Sequence record: PZ386977.1
DNA length: 64,000 nucleotides
Reading direction: 5' to 3' (one strand)
Source: a phage
The notes below the pieces were generated by a model. It searched no databases and was not told the DNA's origin. It saw only the letters and a list, made by a program, of their open reading frames with translations. The translations under genes were made by a program, and so were the position numbers. Positions 44,998-54,870 of the stretch are shown here, in pieces. Position 1 is the stretch's first letter; every line of letters starts with the position of its first letter.

Positions 44998-46013
44998 TGT
45001 GTTGCCTCAATATAAAGTTCGTTGGAATATTTGACCAGCGCTTCTCTGTCTTCGTCTGAGATATCTGGAATCGCGTCAATATATTCTTTAATGATATCTT
45101 GAAGTGATTTAATCTCGATTTCCTGGTCGTCATCAGATTCAACACTGTTATCAACTTTAGAAACCATACGAAGAGAGTGAACTACTTTTTCAAGTTCAGA
45201 TTCAAACTTAGTCAACTCTGAATCAATTTCTGATACTATAACACGTACGGCTAGATTAGTATAATCAGAATAATTGATTTTGCCTTTAAACGGATAAGTG
45301 ATTCGTCGATGCCATGTTGTTTCATTAGGAATAAATTCCATACGTTCAACATCGGTGTCAAATACCCAGAATCCTCGAGGGTCGTTTTCATCACCTGCAG
45401 TAAGGGTCCATGGTGTCCCAATATATTTGACATTAGCAGCTTCAGAGATTGTGTGGAAGTGGCCAGACCAGACTTGTTTATAGGTCTTTAAAAAATCAGG
45501 TTCAAGCCCATGAGACTTCATTCCTTTATAGAAATAAAAACCATTCAGTTCCCAGTGCCCAACACAAAAAGAAGCAGATGAAGTTTTGATATGTTCAAGA
45601 ATTTCACCAGTATTTTCTTCGCACATCCAAGGAATTAAATCAATCAAACATCCGTCAAAATCTACTGTAGTAGGCTTATCATATACTTTAACATTAGGAT
45701 ATTTAGCTAAAAGCTCAGTAGAAGCGTTTGGAGTTAAAGTATTTTTAAAGTGCATATCATGGTTTCCTACAACAGTATGTAGGGTAATACCAGCATCATC
45801 AAGCATTTGAACTATTTCACGTGCGAACTCCATAGTTTTATGCGTGATTGCTTTTCGCACATCAAAAATATCGCCGTATTGAATCCATGTAGTAATTCCA
45901 TTTTTCTTAGAATATTCTATCGCCTGCTTAATTCCATCCAACTGAATGGATTGAACCCACTCATCATCGGCTTTAACACCTAAATGCCAATCACCTAAAT
46001 TTAAAATTTTCAT
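44994..46013 (-). CDS. 47: recombination nuclease subunit (Mre11/SbcD-like phosphoesterase)
   Basis: 339 aa; N-terminal MKILNLGDWHLG and GNHD calcineurin-like motifs. Confidence 0.85.
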   Translation of the reverse strand: MKILNLGDWHLGVKADDEWVQSIQLDGIKQAIEYSKKNGITTWIQYGDIFDVRKAITHKTMEFAREIVQMLDDAGITLHTVVGNHDMHFKNTLTPNASTELLAKYPNVKVYDKPTTVDFDGCLIDLIPWMCEENTGEILEHIKTSSASFCVGHWELNGFYFYKGMKSHGLEPDFLKTYKQVWSGHFHTISEAANVKYIGTPWTLTAGDENDPRGFWVFDTDVERMEFIPNETTWHRRITYPFKGKINYSDYTNLAVRVIVSEIDSELTKFESELEKVVHSLRMVSKVDNSVESDDDQEIEIKSLQDIIKEYIDAIPDISDEDREALVKYSNELYIEATQ

Positions 46014-46057
46014 ATTATTTCCTCATTAGTTAATTCATTCTATCATCCGTTTATAAA

Positions 46058-46084
46058 GCAAAAAAGGAACTCCGAAGAGTTCCT
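46058..46084 (-). terminator. rho-independent terminator upstream of gene 47
   Basis: AGGAACTC-TTCG-GAGTTCCT hairpin followed by TTTTTTGC on minus strand. Confidence 0.65.
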
Positions 46085-46295
46085 ATCCACATAGTACACC
46101 GTACAGAGGCTCATTTGAACTTTTAAATCGAATGGGCTTGTATGTAATAGTTCCTTCGGCTTTAGCTTTATCATAAGACTCTTTAAAACGTCTCATTCTT
46201 TCTGCTTTGCCTTTACGGATTTTATCGAAATTTTCAGAAGTCGGGATGTTCGTCATGCATAAGCACCTCTCAGAAAATGCCTAAATCGATTTCTC

Positions 46296-46517
46296 TCATC
46301 GTTTCCACCATTTCTTAACTTGAAATGAATCAACCCACACGAGTTGTTTTGGGTCTGCCTTTACAATAGGCGGACAAATTTCTGTAATAGAACCGTCGTG
46401 ATATTCCTTTTCAGAGATTTTAACGCAAAGAGGACCTCCCAATTTAAGGGTGAACCCTGCGTTCAGCTTCAGACGTTTAAACTTTGTTTGAACTAGCGCC
46501 ATTAATGATGTCCTCAA
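46296..46517 (-). CDS. hypothetical protein (73 aa)
   Basis: ORF in the 47-55 interval where T4 carries alpha-gt. Confidence 0.4.
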   Translation of the reverse strand: MRTSLMALVQTKFKRLKLNAGFTLKLGGPLCVKISEKEYHDGSITEICPPIVKADPKQLVWVDSFQVKKWWKR

Positions 46518-46800
46518 TAGCCTGACGAGTAGTAACCCATTGGATTTTAATTAACTTGTCGTTATATGGTTGTCGTAGAATATCCCGAGATTTCTTAATA
46601 GCATATTCGTAAGCTTCGAAGTTGTTTTGAATTGCTGCTTCTTGAGCATGAGCATAAAGACGGTTTAGTTCAAAACGATTCTTTTTAAGAATCTTTTCGG
46701 ATTTTTTACGTGCTTCAGCTTCATTTTTCTTTTGGATTTCTTGTAGCATTTTAGCTACTGCATCTTCTGCTTCTTTATTTTCAATAATCTCGGTAGTCAT
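46477..46800 (-). CDS. hypothetical coiled-coil protein (107 aa)
   Basis: ATG ORF. Confidence 0.45.
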   Translation of the reverse strand: MTTEIIENKEAEDAVAKMLQEIQKKNEAEARKKSEKILKKNRFELNRLYAHAQEAAIQNNFEAYEYAIKKSRDILRQPYNDKLIKIQWVTTRQAIEDIINGASSNKV

Positions 46801-46801
46801 A

Positions 46802-47017
46802 TTATCTCATTAAATTAAAATAAAAACGTCCATCCTCTTCAATACAGAACTCATACTCAACCGGAGTCCCATTTATCGAAAATGACACGTCATGTGGGTT
46901 CAAAGGGTCGATGTCAAAATTAATTTTAAATTCACGACCCAACAGTTTTACCAAATAAGGGATTGCTTCGTCAAAAGGTTCTTCTAAGTAGTTAGAGATG
47001 TCAATTGTCATCCTCAT
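46802..47017 (-). CDS. hypothetical protein (start trimmed)
   Basis: ORF 46802..47095 trimmed to internal ATG to reduce overlap with gene 55. Confidence 0.35.
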   Translation of the reverse strand: MRMTIDISNYLEEPFDEAIPYLVKLLGREFKINFDIDPLNPHDVSFSINGTPVEYEFCIEEDGRFYFNLMR

Positions 47018-47558
47018 ATAAAAAATCCAAACTAGGCGAATCGCTAACAACTTCCTTCTTTTCAGCCCCAGGAGCTTTATAAGCGGATTCTTCATAATGC
47101 GTCATTTTATCGTAGATGTCTTGAATAAACGTTTCATCTACCAACGCTACCATATCATCGTCATGACTGTCGTAGACGTTATGAACGAAGTAACTATATT
47201 TCTTTGCAACTTCCTTACGTTCTTTTTTGATACGTTGGACAAAAGCATTAAAACAAGCTCGAGTTATGTATGCATGTGGGTTATTGTACTTAGTTTCGTC
47301 GAAATTATGAAGTCCCTTAATAGAGGCTTCAATCCCATCTGCAATCATCTCCTGCTTCCAAGACTGGGTATATCCTGAAAAGTTGAAACGTTTGGACAGG
47401 CCTTCGGCGATAAGCATAATTGCTAAACCGATGGTATCATTCTGACGAATAATTTTGTTTGGGTCTTTATTATTTAAGAGCTCCTTTTTCCACTCGATTA
47501 TAGCGGCGAGAAGCTCTTTATTATTCACATAGTTATTTTTAGGTTTTTGTTCAGTCAT
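47001..47558 (-). CDS. 55: late-transcription sigma factor
   Basis: 185 aa; N-terminus [24 protein letters not shown]; size equals T4 gp55. Confidence 0.85.
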   Translation of the reverse strand: MTEQKPKNNYVNNKELLAAIIEWKKELLNNKDPNKIIRQNDTIGLAIMLIAEGLSKRFNFSGYTQSWKQEMIADGIEASIKGLHNFDETKYNNPHAYITRACFNAFVQRIKKERKEVAKKYSYFVHNVYDSHDDDMVALVDETFIQDIYDKMTHYEESAYKAPGAEKKEVVSDSPSLDFLYEDDN

Positions 47559-47579
47559 AAGTACCTCTTAGCTCAATTC

Positions 47580-47614
47580 ATAGGTCTATTATATCATAAT
47601 ATTTAGAGACCTAT
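47580..47614 (-). promoter_or_regulatory. inverted-repeat element with TATAAT upstream of gene 55
   Basis: ATAGGTCT ... AGACCTAT 8-bp arms around an AT-rich loop; no clear -35. Confidence 0.4.
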
Positions 47615-47630
47615 CTTAAAGCACGAGATA

Positions 47631-47900
47631 CTATCGGAGCAAACAATAAGCCTGAAACACTTTTTCCATTAAACGTTTGAACTCATGGATATCGATATAA
47701 AGCTCAGTAAGACCGGCATTATAAAGAAAATCTAAAAAGTTCTCATGTGTTTCGTTATAGTCGCCTTCGTTTAATTGAGATACATGAGTTTCCCAAAAAC
47801 CAACACCTTTAACGAATGGAAAATACGTGACTTTCATGTATTCGTCAACATAAAATTCGCCCAGCTTTTCTTCAGTTATACTGATTCGAGTTAATTTCAT
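47631..47900 (-). CDS. hypothetical protein (89 aa)
   Basis: ATG ORF. Confidence 0.45.
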   Translation of the reverse strand: MKLTRISITEEKLGEFYVDEYMKVTYFPFVKGVGFWETHVSQLNEGDYNETHENFLDFLYNAGLTELYIDIHEFKRLMEKVFQAYCLLR

Positions 47901-48124
47901 TCTAGTTCCTTTGCTGCTTCAAGAGCATCATCCAACGAATCAAATTGGTCAACGAAATCGATATTCAACGCATCGTCAGCCGTAGCATATAGCCACCATT
48001 GTTTGAATTCATATTCTAGGATAAATCCAAGCCCTTCAATCTGAGAAAGACCTAGGCTATTTGTACCAACTTCGTAACCAGCTAGACGCAGGTCATTAAT
48101 CAAAGATTCTGTTAATACACTCAT
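47897..48124 (-). CDS. hypothetical acidic protein (75 aa)
   Basis: ATG ORF. Confidence 0.45.
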   Translation of the reverse strand: MSVLTESLINDLRLAGYEVGTNSLGLSQIEGLGFILEYEFKQWWLYATADDALNIDFVDQFDSLDDALEAAKELE

Positions 48125-48453
48125 TTTACCGCCTTAACAATTTTCAGGTCAACGAATTTTTTCTTACGTTGATTTTTCATACGACGGATAGTCTTTTCAG
48201 AGATTTCATGTTTCTGATAAGCTTTAGATTCAACACCAAATGCAGCAACGTCAAATTCAGAAAGAATATATTGTACTAGAATTTCACGAATAGAATTACG
48301 TCCAATTTTCTGGTCGTGTTTTTGCATGATTTCATAAAGACGGAATTCCCACGCGTCAAGGACTTGAGGAGTAACAATATTGCCGGATTCCAGAAGAGCA
48401 ACAACTTTATCGAAAGCGAAAGAATTAACTACATTTTTGATTTTAGTAGACAT
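48121..48453 (-). CDS. hypothetical protein (about 110 aa, start trimmed)
   Basis: internal ATG (MSTKIKNV) with GAGG RBS downstream of promoter cassette. Confidence 0.45.
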   Translation of the reverse strand: MSTKIKNVVNSFAFDKVVALLESGNIVTPQVLDAWEFRLYEIMQKHDQKIGRNSIREILVQYILSEFDVAAFGVESKAYQKHEISEKTIRRMKNQRKKKFVDLKIVKAVK

Positions 48454-48483
48454 ATTATTTTCCTCTGTTATTTTATTATCCAA

Positions 48484-48518
48484 TGAGAGCATTATACTCT
48501 GCTCTCAAGAGTTTGTGC
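48484..48518 (-). promoter_or_regulatory. promoter/stem-loop cassette, near-identical copy of 2897-2931
   Basis: shared sequence TGAGAGCATTATACTCTGCTCTCAAGAGTTTGT(A/G)C. Confidence 0.5.
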
Positions 48519-48519
48519 A

Positions 48520-48759
48520 TTATTCCGTGATAAGATAATGTAAATAGTTTGCTTGACGAACACTGATATCAACACCCATATCAAAGATACCTTTATAGAA
48601 CGGGTATTTGTTTTCAGTAGAATCTAGACTAAAAGCCTTTCCACCACAACTAACGGTAATAGCATCAGTTAAAGTGTCATATACAAACTTAATAGTTGAG
48701 CCATTCACTACGACTTCAAGACGTTTTTTCGATGTAATAACGTCTAATTCTTGTTCCAT
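48520..48759 (-). CDS. hypothetical protein (79 aa)
   Basis: ATG ORF. Confidence 0.45.
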   Translation of the reverse strand: MEQELDVITSKKRLEVVVNGSTIKFVYDTLTDAITVSCGGKAFSLDSTENKYPFYKGIFDMGVDISVRQANYLHYLITE

Positions 48760-48822
48760 GATATTTTCCTCATTTTAAGACGATAGGAAGATAATAACAC
48801 GTCTTCCTATCGTTGTACATTA

Positions 48823-49035
48823 TTAACCGAACTTTTTAGCGCCTTTCCAGCCTTCATACATAGCTGCACAAGTCAGTAGTACAGCGTGCTGGCATTCTTT
48901 GTATTTGTAAATCCAGAACCAACGTAAAAAGTCTTCGTCCTCAACGCCGTTGAGTTTCATATTGGCAAAGAATTCGGCACGTTCTTCACGAAGTTGCCAT
49001 GACACAATATTTTCAGGATTCATTTTGTGTTCCAC
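48823..49035 (-). CDS. hypothetical protein (70 aa)
   Basis: ATG ORF. Confidence 0.4.
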   Translation of the reverse strand: MEHKMNPENIVSWQLREERAEFFANMKLNGVEDEDFLRWFWIYKYKECQHAVLLTCAAMYEGWKGAKKFG

Positions 49036-49154
49036 GTCCCATTTTCATCGATGAACTTAATCCAGTCATTTACAGACCATTTAGTTGTATCACCCTTTGG
49101 ATTAACATTTAAAGTATATAATCCCTGCTTAAAAAGCATTCGTTTGATATTCAT
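49020..49154 (-). CDS. hypothetical small protein (start uncertain)
   Basis: ORF 49020..49247 trimmed to internal ATG with GAGGAAA RBS. Confidence 0.3.
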   Translation of the reverse strand: MNIKRMLFKQGLYTLNVNPKGDTTKWSVNDWIKFIDENGTWNTK

Positions 49155-49161
49155 AATTTCC

Positions 49162-49455
49162 TCAACTGTAACGATAACATTCATTAGCTTTACGTTTGGC
49201 TTCAGTATGAGAAGTATTATAATCATAATCTTCTTTACTGTAAACATCTTTTTTCAACTTACGAACTTCTTTGCGGAGTTGTCGATTCATTTCGTTCTTG
49301 ACTTCAGAATCAACGCCTTTCATACGTTTCCATTTATCTGAGCGGAAAATGTTTTCAACCATGTCTTTGTGGCTAACACCGTCAGGAGCTTTACGTTTAC
49401 CAAAATAGTCGTAATCACGAACTTTCAAATCTTTACGACGATACGTTTTACCCAT
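49162..49455 (-). CDS. hypothetical basic protein (start trimmed)
   Basis: internal ATG with GAGG RBS; Lys/Arg-rich. Confidence 0.4.
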   Translation of the reverse strand: MGKTYRRKDLKVRDYDYFGKRKAPDGVSHKDMVENIFRSDKWKRMKGVDSEVKNEMNRQLRKEVRKLKKDVYSKEDYDYNTSHTEAKRKANECYRYS

Positions 49456-49462
49456 AAGTACC

Positions 49463-49711
49463 TCAGAGGTTGATTGATACAATGCGTTTGATAAAATTCA
49501 CTTCACTTACTGAAAGGTCTTTAAGACCAATTGATTCTAAACGCTGAGTAAGCGTCAACATTGGGATATAGTCCCAATGTGTTTTAGACGTTTGATAAGT
49601 ATGGACGCCATTAGCAATTTCAACGTTCAAATCAGAAATGGTAACGAATACTGGACGCTCATCATTAACTTTAAGGGTTAGAACAACTTTCTTTGAATCT
49701 AAACTAATCAT
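49463..49711 (-). CDS. hypothetical protein (82 aa)
   Basis: ATG ORF. Confidence 0.45.
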   Translation of the reverse strand: MISLDSKKVVLTLKVNDERPVFVTISDLNVEIANGVHTYQTSKTHWDYIPMLTLTQRLESIGLKDLSVSEVNFIKRIVSINL

Positions 49712-49983
49712 GGCTTAATTTCCTTCGCAATTGAACAGAAGATACCACGGTCACAAATCATTTCACCAATTTCTGGATATTTGATCGAACGGTACCAAAC
49801 ATCCAGGCTTGAAACTCTGGTTATCTGTACTGCATTACCATTGACAGAATAGTACTGGTCAACCTTAATTTCTTTATCTTCAATTGTCATTTTATTTTCC
49901 TCTATAGCAGTTTGTTTAATCTTAACACATCTATCGAGGATGTAAACTGTTTTATGAAAATATTTTTGATTTGAGAGGGGCAC
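49708..49983 (-). CDS. hypothetical protein (91 aa)
   Basis: ATG ORF. Confidence 0.45.
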   Translation of the reverse strand: MPLSNQKYFHKTVYILDRCVKIKQTAIEENKMTIEDKEIKVDQYYSVNGNAVQITRVSSLDVWYRSIKYPEIGEMICDRGIFCSIAKEIKP

Positions 49984-50055
49984 AAGGAGATAGTGAAGTG
50001 AAGATTCTAATGGATTATATTAGAAATAGGATAAAGAAGACCAGGCGGCACCTGG

Positions 50056-50379
50056 TCAATCTTCTATGATATCAGAGTCGTATCCTAATGAAATCAAGGA
50101 CTTTTTAAACTCTGCAATATTCTTTTGTTTCTTATCATTTAAAAATATGACAGGATAACGAATATTAAGTGAAGTGAATCCTGCACGTTTAGCAAGAGAT
50201 ACGATTAAAGGACGATCATATTCAATCTTACCATTATTAGTGAGGACTTTATAAAATGTATAAGGAGCATTGAGCTCCTTTAAAAGTTTTGTAACAGTAT
50301 AACATCCTGGACAACGTCCAACTTCTTCAGGGATGCCATAAATTTCAATCTTGTTCTTTAAGTTCGAGTTTTGTTCCAC
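50056..50379 (-). CDS. glutaredoxin-like protein (NrdH-like), start uncertain
   Basis: redox motif CPGC (IEIYGIPEEVGRCPGCY); upstream part of ORF 50056..50508 overlaps the neighbouring gene, so a GTG start near 50379 is proposed. Confidence 0.45.
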   Translation of the reverse strand: MEQNSNLKNKIEIYGIPEEVGRCPGCYTVTKLLKELNAPYTFYKVLTNNGKIEYDRPLIVSLAKRAGFTSLNIRYPVIFLNDKKQKNIAEFKKSLISLGYDSDIIED

Positions 50380-50662
50380 GAGAAATAATTCCTTGGTAAG
50401 CCCAATAAGGAGGATTAACAGAATCCTCACCAGAGTTTTCTTCAGGAAAATAAACCTGGATAACAAATCCAGATGCATCAAATGTAAAATAAACTGTAGG
50501 CAGTTCACCTAACAATTCGGCACGAGCATTAATTTCTTCGAGATCTCGTTCACGTCCAGCCCAAAAACTAGGATTTAGACTACATTCATAGAAATAATAG
50601 TCATTACCGAACATATCAAACCCCTTCCAACTCTCTACCACGTACTGCTCAAAACTAATCAT
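50345..50662 (-). CDS. hypothetical protein (105 aa)
   Basis: ATG ORF with AAAGG RBS. Confidence 0.45.
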   Translation of the reverse strand: MISFEQYVVESWKGFDMFGNDYYFYECSLNPSFWAGRERDLEEINARAELLGELPTVYFTFDASGFVIQVYFPEENSGEDSVNPPYWAYQGIISRGTKLELKEQD

Positions 50663-50664
50663 AA

Positions 50665-50880
50665 TTAAGCCTTTTTATCAAGAACAGAATTCAGTTTGTT
50701 AGTAATTTTATCCAGACGCTCATTGAACTCACTAGAAGATAAGCCCTTTTCTGGAGAAATTAAACTAATCACGAAAAATACACCAGTAAAAGGAATAAGA
50801 AAAATAGCTCCAACTGCCATAAACAAAAAGAACGTTACAGTTGTAAGAAAATCAGCTAAACCTTTACGAAATTTATACAT
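50665..50880 (-). CDS. small membrane protein (71 aa)
   Basis: predicted TM segment LTTVTFFLFMAVGAIFLIPFTGVFFVISLI. Confidence 0.45.
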   Translation of the reverse strand: MYKFRKGLADFLTTVTFFLFMAVGAIFLIPFTGVFFVISLISPEKGLSSSEFNERLDKITNKLNSVLDKKA

Positions 50881-50991
50881 ATTTACCCTTAATTAATTAA
50901 CCAAGCGTTGATAAGCAAACAATATTGCGAATAAAATTCTGGACCAAAATGAAAAATCATATCATTTATAGTATCCATAATGTAGTTCAAT

Positions 50992-51462
50992 TTAATCATG
51001 TTTCCACACCCCATCGGTATTTGACCAAAGTCGCTGATTATCTGATCCTCGCCACAGCTTTTTGGTCGGAAGACTTTTCTCATACTTCCCATCAATAATA
51101 ACATCAACATATTTAAGCATTTCTAGTTGTTTAATATCTTCAAACTTATATCCTGTCCACAACCAAATGCTTTTATTGGGATAAAGATTTTTTACTGTTT
51201 GAACAATGCAATGAACAACATCTCGGTTATCAGGATAGAGAGGGTCTCCTCCGGTTATAGTAAATCCTTCTATATAATCATTATTCAAACATTCAATTAA
51301 TTGTTCTAGTGTCTCTCCAGTGAATGGAGCACCATTTCTAGCGTTCCATGTTGATTTATTATAACACCCTTCACATTTATGCAAACAACCTGTAACGAAA
51401 AGAACGACCCTACAACCAGGGCCATTCACAAAATCGCAAGGATAAAATCTATCATAATTCAT
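50992..51462 (-). CDS. nrdG: anaerobic ribonucleotide reductase activating protein (radical SAM)
   Basis: 156 aa; radical-SAM Cys motif (CLHKCEGC); adjacent to nrdD. Confidence 0.8.
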   Translation of the reverse strand: MNYDRFYPCDFVNGPGCRVVLFVTGCLHKCEGCYNKSTWNARNGAPFTGETLEQLIECLNNDYIEGFTITGGDPLYPDNRDVVHCIVQTVKNLYPNKSIWLWTGYKFEDIKQLEMLKYVDVIIDGKYEKSLPTKKLWRGSDNQRLWSNTDGVWKHD

Positions 51463-53276
51463 TGGTGTTTAACCCTATGCATGATTTCTTTATTTTTACC
51501 GAGATTAAATCCGCGCTCGTTCGGATTTCCAAGATAACCGCATGTTCTTCTTATGGTGTTCATCTTTTTAGGATCAGTTTCTCCGCAAACTGAACAAACA
51601 AATCCATTTTCGGTAGGAGTCATTTCATGGGTACTTCCACATGTAAAACATTTATCTACTGGCATATTAACACCAAAATAATCTAAATGTTGTGCAGCAT
51701 AATCCCAGACAGCCTCAAGACCTTTTAGGTTATTTTTCATATCAGGAAGTTCAACATAAGAAATGTGACCACCTGTCGCAATGAAATGATATGGCGCTTC
51801 ACGAGAAATCTTTTCAAACGGAGTAATATTTTCTTCTACTGAAACGTGGAAACTGTTAGTGTACCAGCCTTTATCGGTAACATCCTTTACACTTCCATAT
51901 TTTTCTGTATCGAGTTTACAGAAGCGATAACAAAGGTTTTCAGCAGGAGTCGAATATAAACTAAAAGCAAATCCAGTTCTTTCGGTCCACTGTTTAAGAT
52001 GAGCATTCATTTTAGTTAAAATTTCCTGTCCAATATCACGACCGACAAGAATATTCAATTCATGAATACCAATGTATCCTAAAGACACTGAACTTCTACC
52101 GTTTTTAAATAACTCAATTATATCATCATCAGGTTTAAGACGAACCCCGAATGCACCTTCTTGGTAAAGAATAGGAGCAACAGTCGCTTTAACACCCTTT
52201 AAAGAACTAATTCTACACATCAAGGCTTCAAAACACAGATCCATTCGTTCATTAAACAACTCGATAAATTTCTGTTCATTGAACTGTGTTCCAATATAAG
52301 AATCTAATGCGATGCGAGGAAGATTCAGCGTTACAACACCGAGATTATTACGTCCATCAAGAATTTCATTACCAGTCGAATCTTTCCATACGCTCAAGAA
52401 ACTACGGCAACCCATTGGAGAAACTGGAACTGAAGAACCGGTAATAGCTTTATTATTCTTAACCGAAATAATGTCAGGATACATTCTTTTGCTTGCGCAT
52501 TCTAACGCAAGTTGTTTAATATCATAGTTCGGATCATCTTTATAAAGATTAACACCTTCTTCAACAAACATAACAAGTTTAGGAAAAATAGGAGTTATTC
52601 CATCACGACCAAGACCTTTAATGCGGTTTTTAAGAATTGCCTTCTGAATAATTCGTTCAGTCCAGTCAATTCCCGTACCAAATGTAATTGTTACAAAAGG
52701 CGTTTGTCCGTTTGAACTAAAGAGAGTATTTACTTCGTATTCATAAGCTTGGAATGCGTCATAGACATCTTTTTCTGTTTTAGATTGAGCATAATTCAAC
52801 GCATCAGCGATTTGCCATTTTTCTGCATCTTCAACATGTTTAGCGTATGTGCGTTTAACATAAGGAGAAAGTACTTTATCTACATTAGCAAAAGTCGTTC
52901 CGCCATACTGGTGTGAAGCAACTTGTGCGGTAATTTGTGCCATAATTGCAGTAGCAACTCCAATTGATTTAGGAGTTTCAATTTGAGCATTACCTAGCTT
53001 AAATCCGTTCTCAAGCATTCCTTTTAAATCTACTAAACAACAATTAGTAAATGGAAGAGCAGGAGAATAATCAATATCATGAAAATGAATAATTCCGCTT
53101 TCATGCGCTTTCATAATAAAAGACGGGACCATATTTTTGGCAATGTGTTTAGACACAATACCAGCCATAAGGTCCCGTTGAGTTGGAAAAACACGAGAAT
53201 CTTTATTAGCATTCTCGTTTAAAAGGTCTTTATTAGTTTTATGAATCAATCCTTCAATTTCTTTTTCAATTGTCAT
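51459..53276 (-). CDS. nrdD: anaerobic ribonucleoside-triphosphate reductase, uninterrupted
   Basis: 605 aa; C-terminal zinc-ribbon Cys and glycyl-radical region (TCGY); continuous ORF. Confidence 0.85.
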   Translation of the reverse strand: MTIEKEIEGLIHKTNKDLLNENANKDSRVFPTQRDLMAGIVSKHIAKNMVPSFIMKAHESGIIHFHDIDYSPALPFTNCCLVDLKGMLENGFKLGNAQIETPKSIGVATAIMAQITAQVASHQYGGTTFANVDKVLSPYVKRTYAKHVEDAEKWQIADALNYAQSKTEKDVYDAFQAYEYEVNTLFSSNGQTPFVTITFGTGIDWTERIIQKAILKNRIKGLGRDGITPIFPKLVMFVEEGVNLYKDDPNYDIKQLALECASKRMYPDIISVKNNKAITGSSVPVSPMGCRSFLSVWKDSTGNEILDGRNNLGVVTLNLPRIALDSYIGTQFNEQKFIELFNERMDLCFEALMCRISSLKGVKATVAPILYQEGAFGVRLKPDDDIIELFKNGRSSVSLGYIGIHELNILVGRDIGQEILTKMNAHLKQWTERTGFAFSLYSTPAENLCYRFCKLDTEKYGSVKDVTDKGWYTNSFHVSVEENITPFEKISREAPYHFIATGGHISYVELPDMKNNLKGLEAVWDYAAQHLDYFGVNMPVDKCFTCGSTHEMTPTENGFVCSVCGETDPKKMNTIRRTCGYLGNPNERGFNLGKNKEIMHRVKHQ

Positions 53277-53746
53277 TTTAAACTCTTTCTAAGCTGCTTT
53301 TTGAATGAAGCTATTAATTGCGTTTTAGTATCAGATTCATTATATTCAAATCCTCTTTGAAGCATCTCAGCCATCATTTCCTCTTTACCTAGTCTTGAGA
53401 ACTCTTTAGTTTTGTCTGGAACAAAATTAGGATGGATATTATTATCAGAATAATCTTGTTTCAAATAAGCAAGAAGAGATTCAAGCCATTCGAGGTAATC
53501 AACGTTTTGACCTTTAAGACCAGAACGGTTGAACTTATGCTTCATTTGACCTTCTGCTGCGTTGCACAGATTACAGAGTAACCCACGAACTCTACCTGCT
53601 TTTGGCCCGTTTAATTCGTGGTCGTGGTCAAGATGGTTACCTTGAACATCAGGGTCTAATTCACGGTGGCAAATAGGACACTTACCGTTCTGTGCATCAT
53701 AAAATTTTTGTTTTTCTTCTTTATATTTTGCGCCTGACAATAACAT
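53273..53746 (-). CDS. 49: endonuclease VII (Holliday junction resolvase)
   Basis: 157 aa; zinc-binding CPIC...HLDHDHEL...CNLCN motif as recalled for T4 gp49. Confidence 0.85.
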   Translation of the reverse strand: MLLSGAKYKEEKQKFYDAQNGKCPICHRELDPDVQGNHLDHDHELNGPKAGRVRGLLCNLCNAAEGQMKHKFNRSGLKGQNVDYLEWLESLLAYLKQDYSDNNIHPNFVPDKTKEFSRLGKEEMMAEMLQRGFEYNESDTKTQLIASFKKQLRKSLK

Positions 53747-53781
53747 GATAAACCCTTACCTTAAATAGATAAGGGTATTTA

Positions 53782-54195
53782 TTAACTTAAACGTCTTTCT
53801 AAATATTCAATGTATTCTGCGGCTGCTTGCATCAGGTTACCTTCATAGCCGTCGTTATTTTCTTGTCCGGCTAATTTAGCTAAAGCATAAGAAATACGTT
53901 CACCTTCGAATTCGCCAAGTTCACCATCACAAACTACTTGGTCAATTTCTTCGAGTTCATCTATTGAATGGGATTCCCAGAAGCACCAAAGAGAAGTATC
54001 ACGGTCATAGATGCAAAGTTTCTCACCTGTGTTCAACATCACTTCGTTAATGCCATGGTCGCCATAACCATCTTCGGTAGTAGTACCAATTACCTTGATG
54101 ATTGTGCCTTTCTTTAATTCAGGAAACTTGACTTGTAGTTCTTCATCTTCTTTAACAATCTTGAACCATTTACCGCGAGTTTCAGAAATATTCAT
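53782..54195 (-). CDS. hypothetical acidic protein (137 aa)
   Basis: ATG ORF. Confidence 0.45.
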   Translation of the reverse strand: MNISETRGKWFKIVKEDEELQVKFPELKKGTIIKVIGTTTEDGYGDHGINEVMLNTGEKLCIYDRDTSLWCFWESHSIDELEEIDQVVCDGELGEFEGERISYALAKLAGQENNDGYEGNLMQAAAEYIEYLERRLS

Positions 54196-54196
54196 A

Positions 54197-54394
54197 TCAA
54201 TATTCTCTATAAAAGTTACGATGAGAACGTTTAGCTTTGCGAAGCTGACGTTTAGTAGGACGAACCGTAAAAGGTTTACCGGAGAAAAAATTCGGTTCAG
54301 TTTTAATTAACAAATACCATCCTTTTTTGCCACTTTTGAATGAACGATACCTCAATTCAACTTGCATAATAATCTCTTCCCATTTCCATATCAA
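54197..54394 (-). CDS. hypothetical small protein with C-terminal VRPTKRQ motif
   Basis: paralog of ORF 25037..25249 (shared F.VRPTKRQ.R..KR). Confidence 0.4.
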   Translation of the reverse strand: MIWKWEEIIMQVELRYRSFKSGKKGWYLLIKTEPNFFSGKPFTVRPTKRQLRKAKRSHRNFYREY

Positions 54395-54495
54395 TTAATT
54401 CATTTATTGAAGGTTCATCATAACACGTTTCTTCGTCGTTGTAAACTGTTTCGACGTCTGGCTCGACAGTTTCCCATCGAGCCGAATACCATGGC

Positions 54496-54852
54496 TTAAC
54501 CCCGGAGTTTATTGAGCTCTTCATAATCAATCCAGGATTCTAGCCCTGACGGCAGATCACATTCAATGTTCCACAGAAGCTCTTCAATGGCTTGCAGGCG
54601 ATTATATTCTTCAACAGTAATGGTAACCATTGGTGCAACCGGTTCTGCCTTTTTAATCATCATGTCATTCATCAGGACGTAAAGGTCATCACGAACGTCA
54701 GTGTCGTTCCAACCCCATGATTTGGCTTCATAAGCTAATGATGAAGGGAGCACATTTAAAACTTCAATAATAGTTGGAGCATCAGGACCAAGTTCATTGG
54801 CACAAACTTCGTATGCATCTTGGAAATCTTTAAGATTTAATGAATATGTCAT
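54496..54852 (-). CDS. hypothetical protein (118 aa)
   Basis: ATG ORF. Confidence 0.45.
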   Translation of the reverse strand: MTYSLNLKDFQDAYEVCANELGPDAPTIIEVLNVLPSSLAYEAKSWGWNDTDVRDDLYVLMNDMMIKKAEPVAPMVTITVEEYNRLQAIEELLWNIECDLPSGLESWIDYEELNKLRG

Positions 54853-54870
54853 TTAAAATTTTCTCGCAGG

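Noticed and set aside
51459-53276. Group I intron in nrdD as in T4
   Set aside because: The reductase is one continuous 605-aa frame with no stop-interrupted segment or intron ORF.
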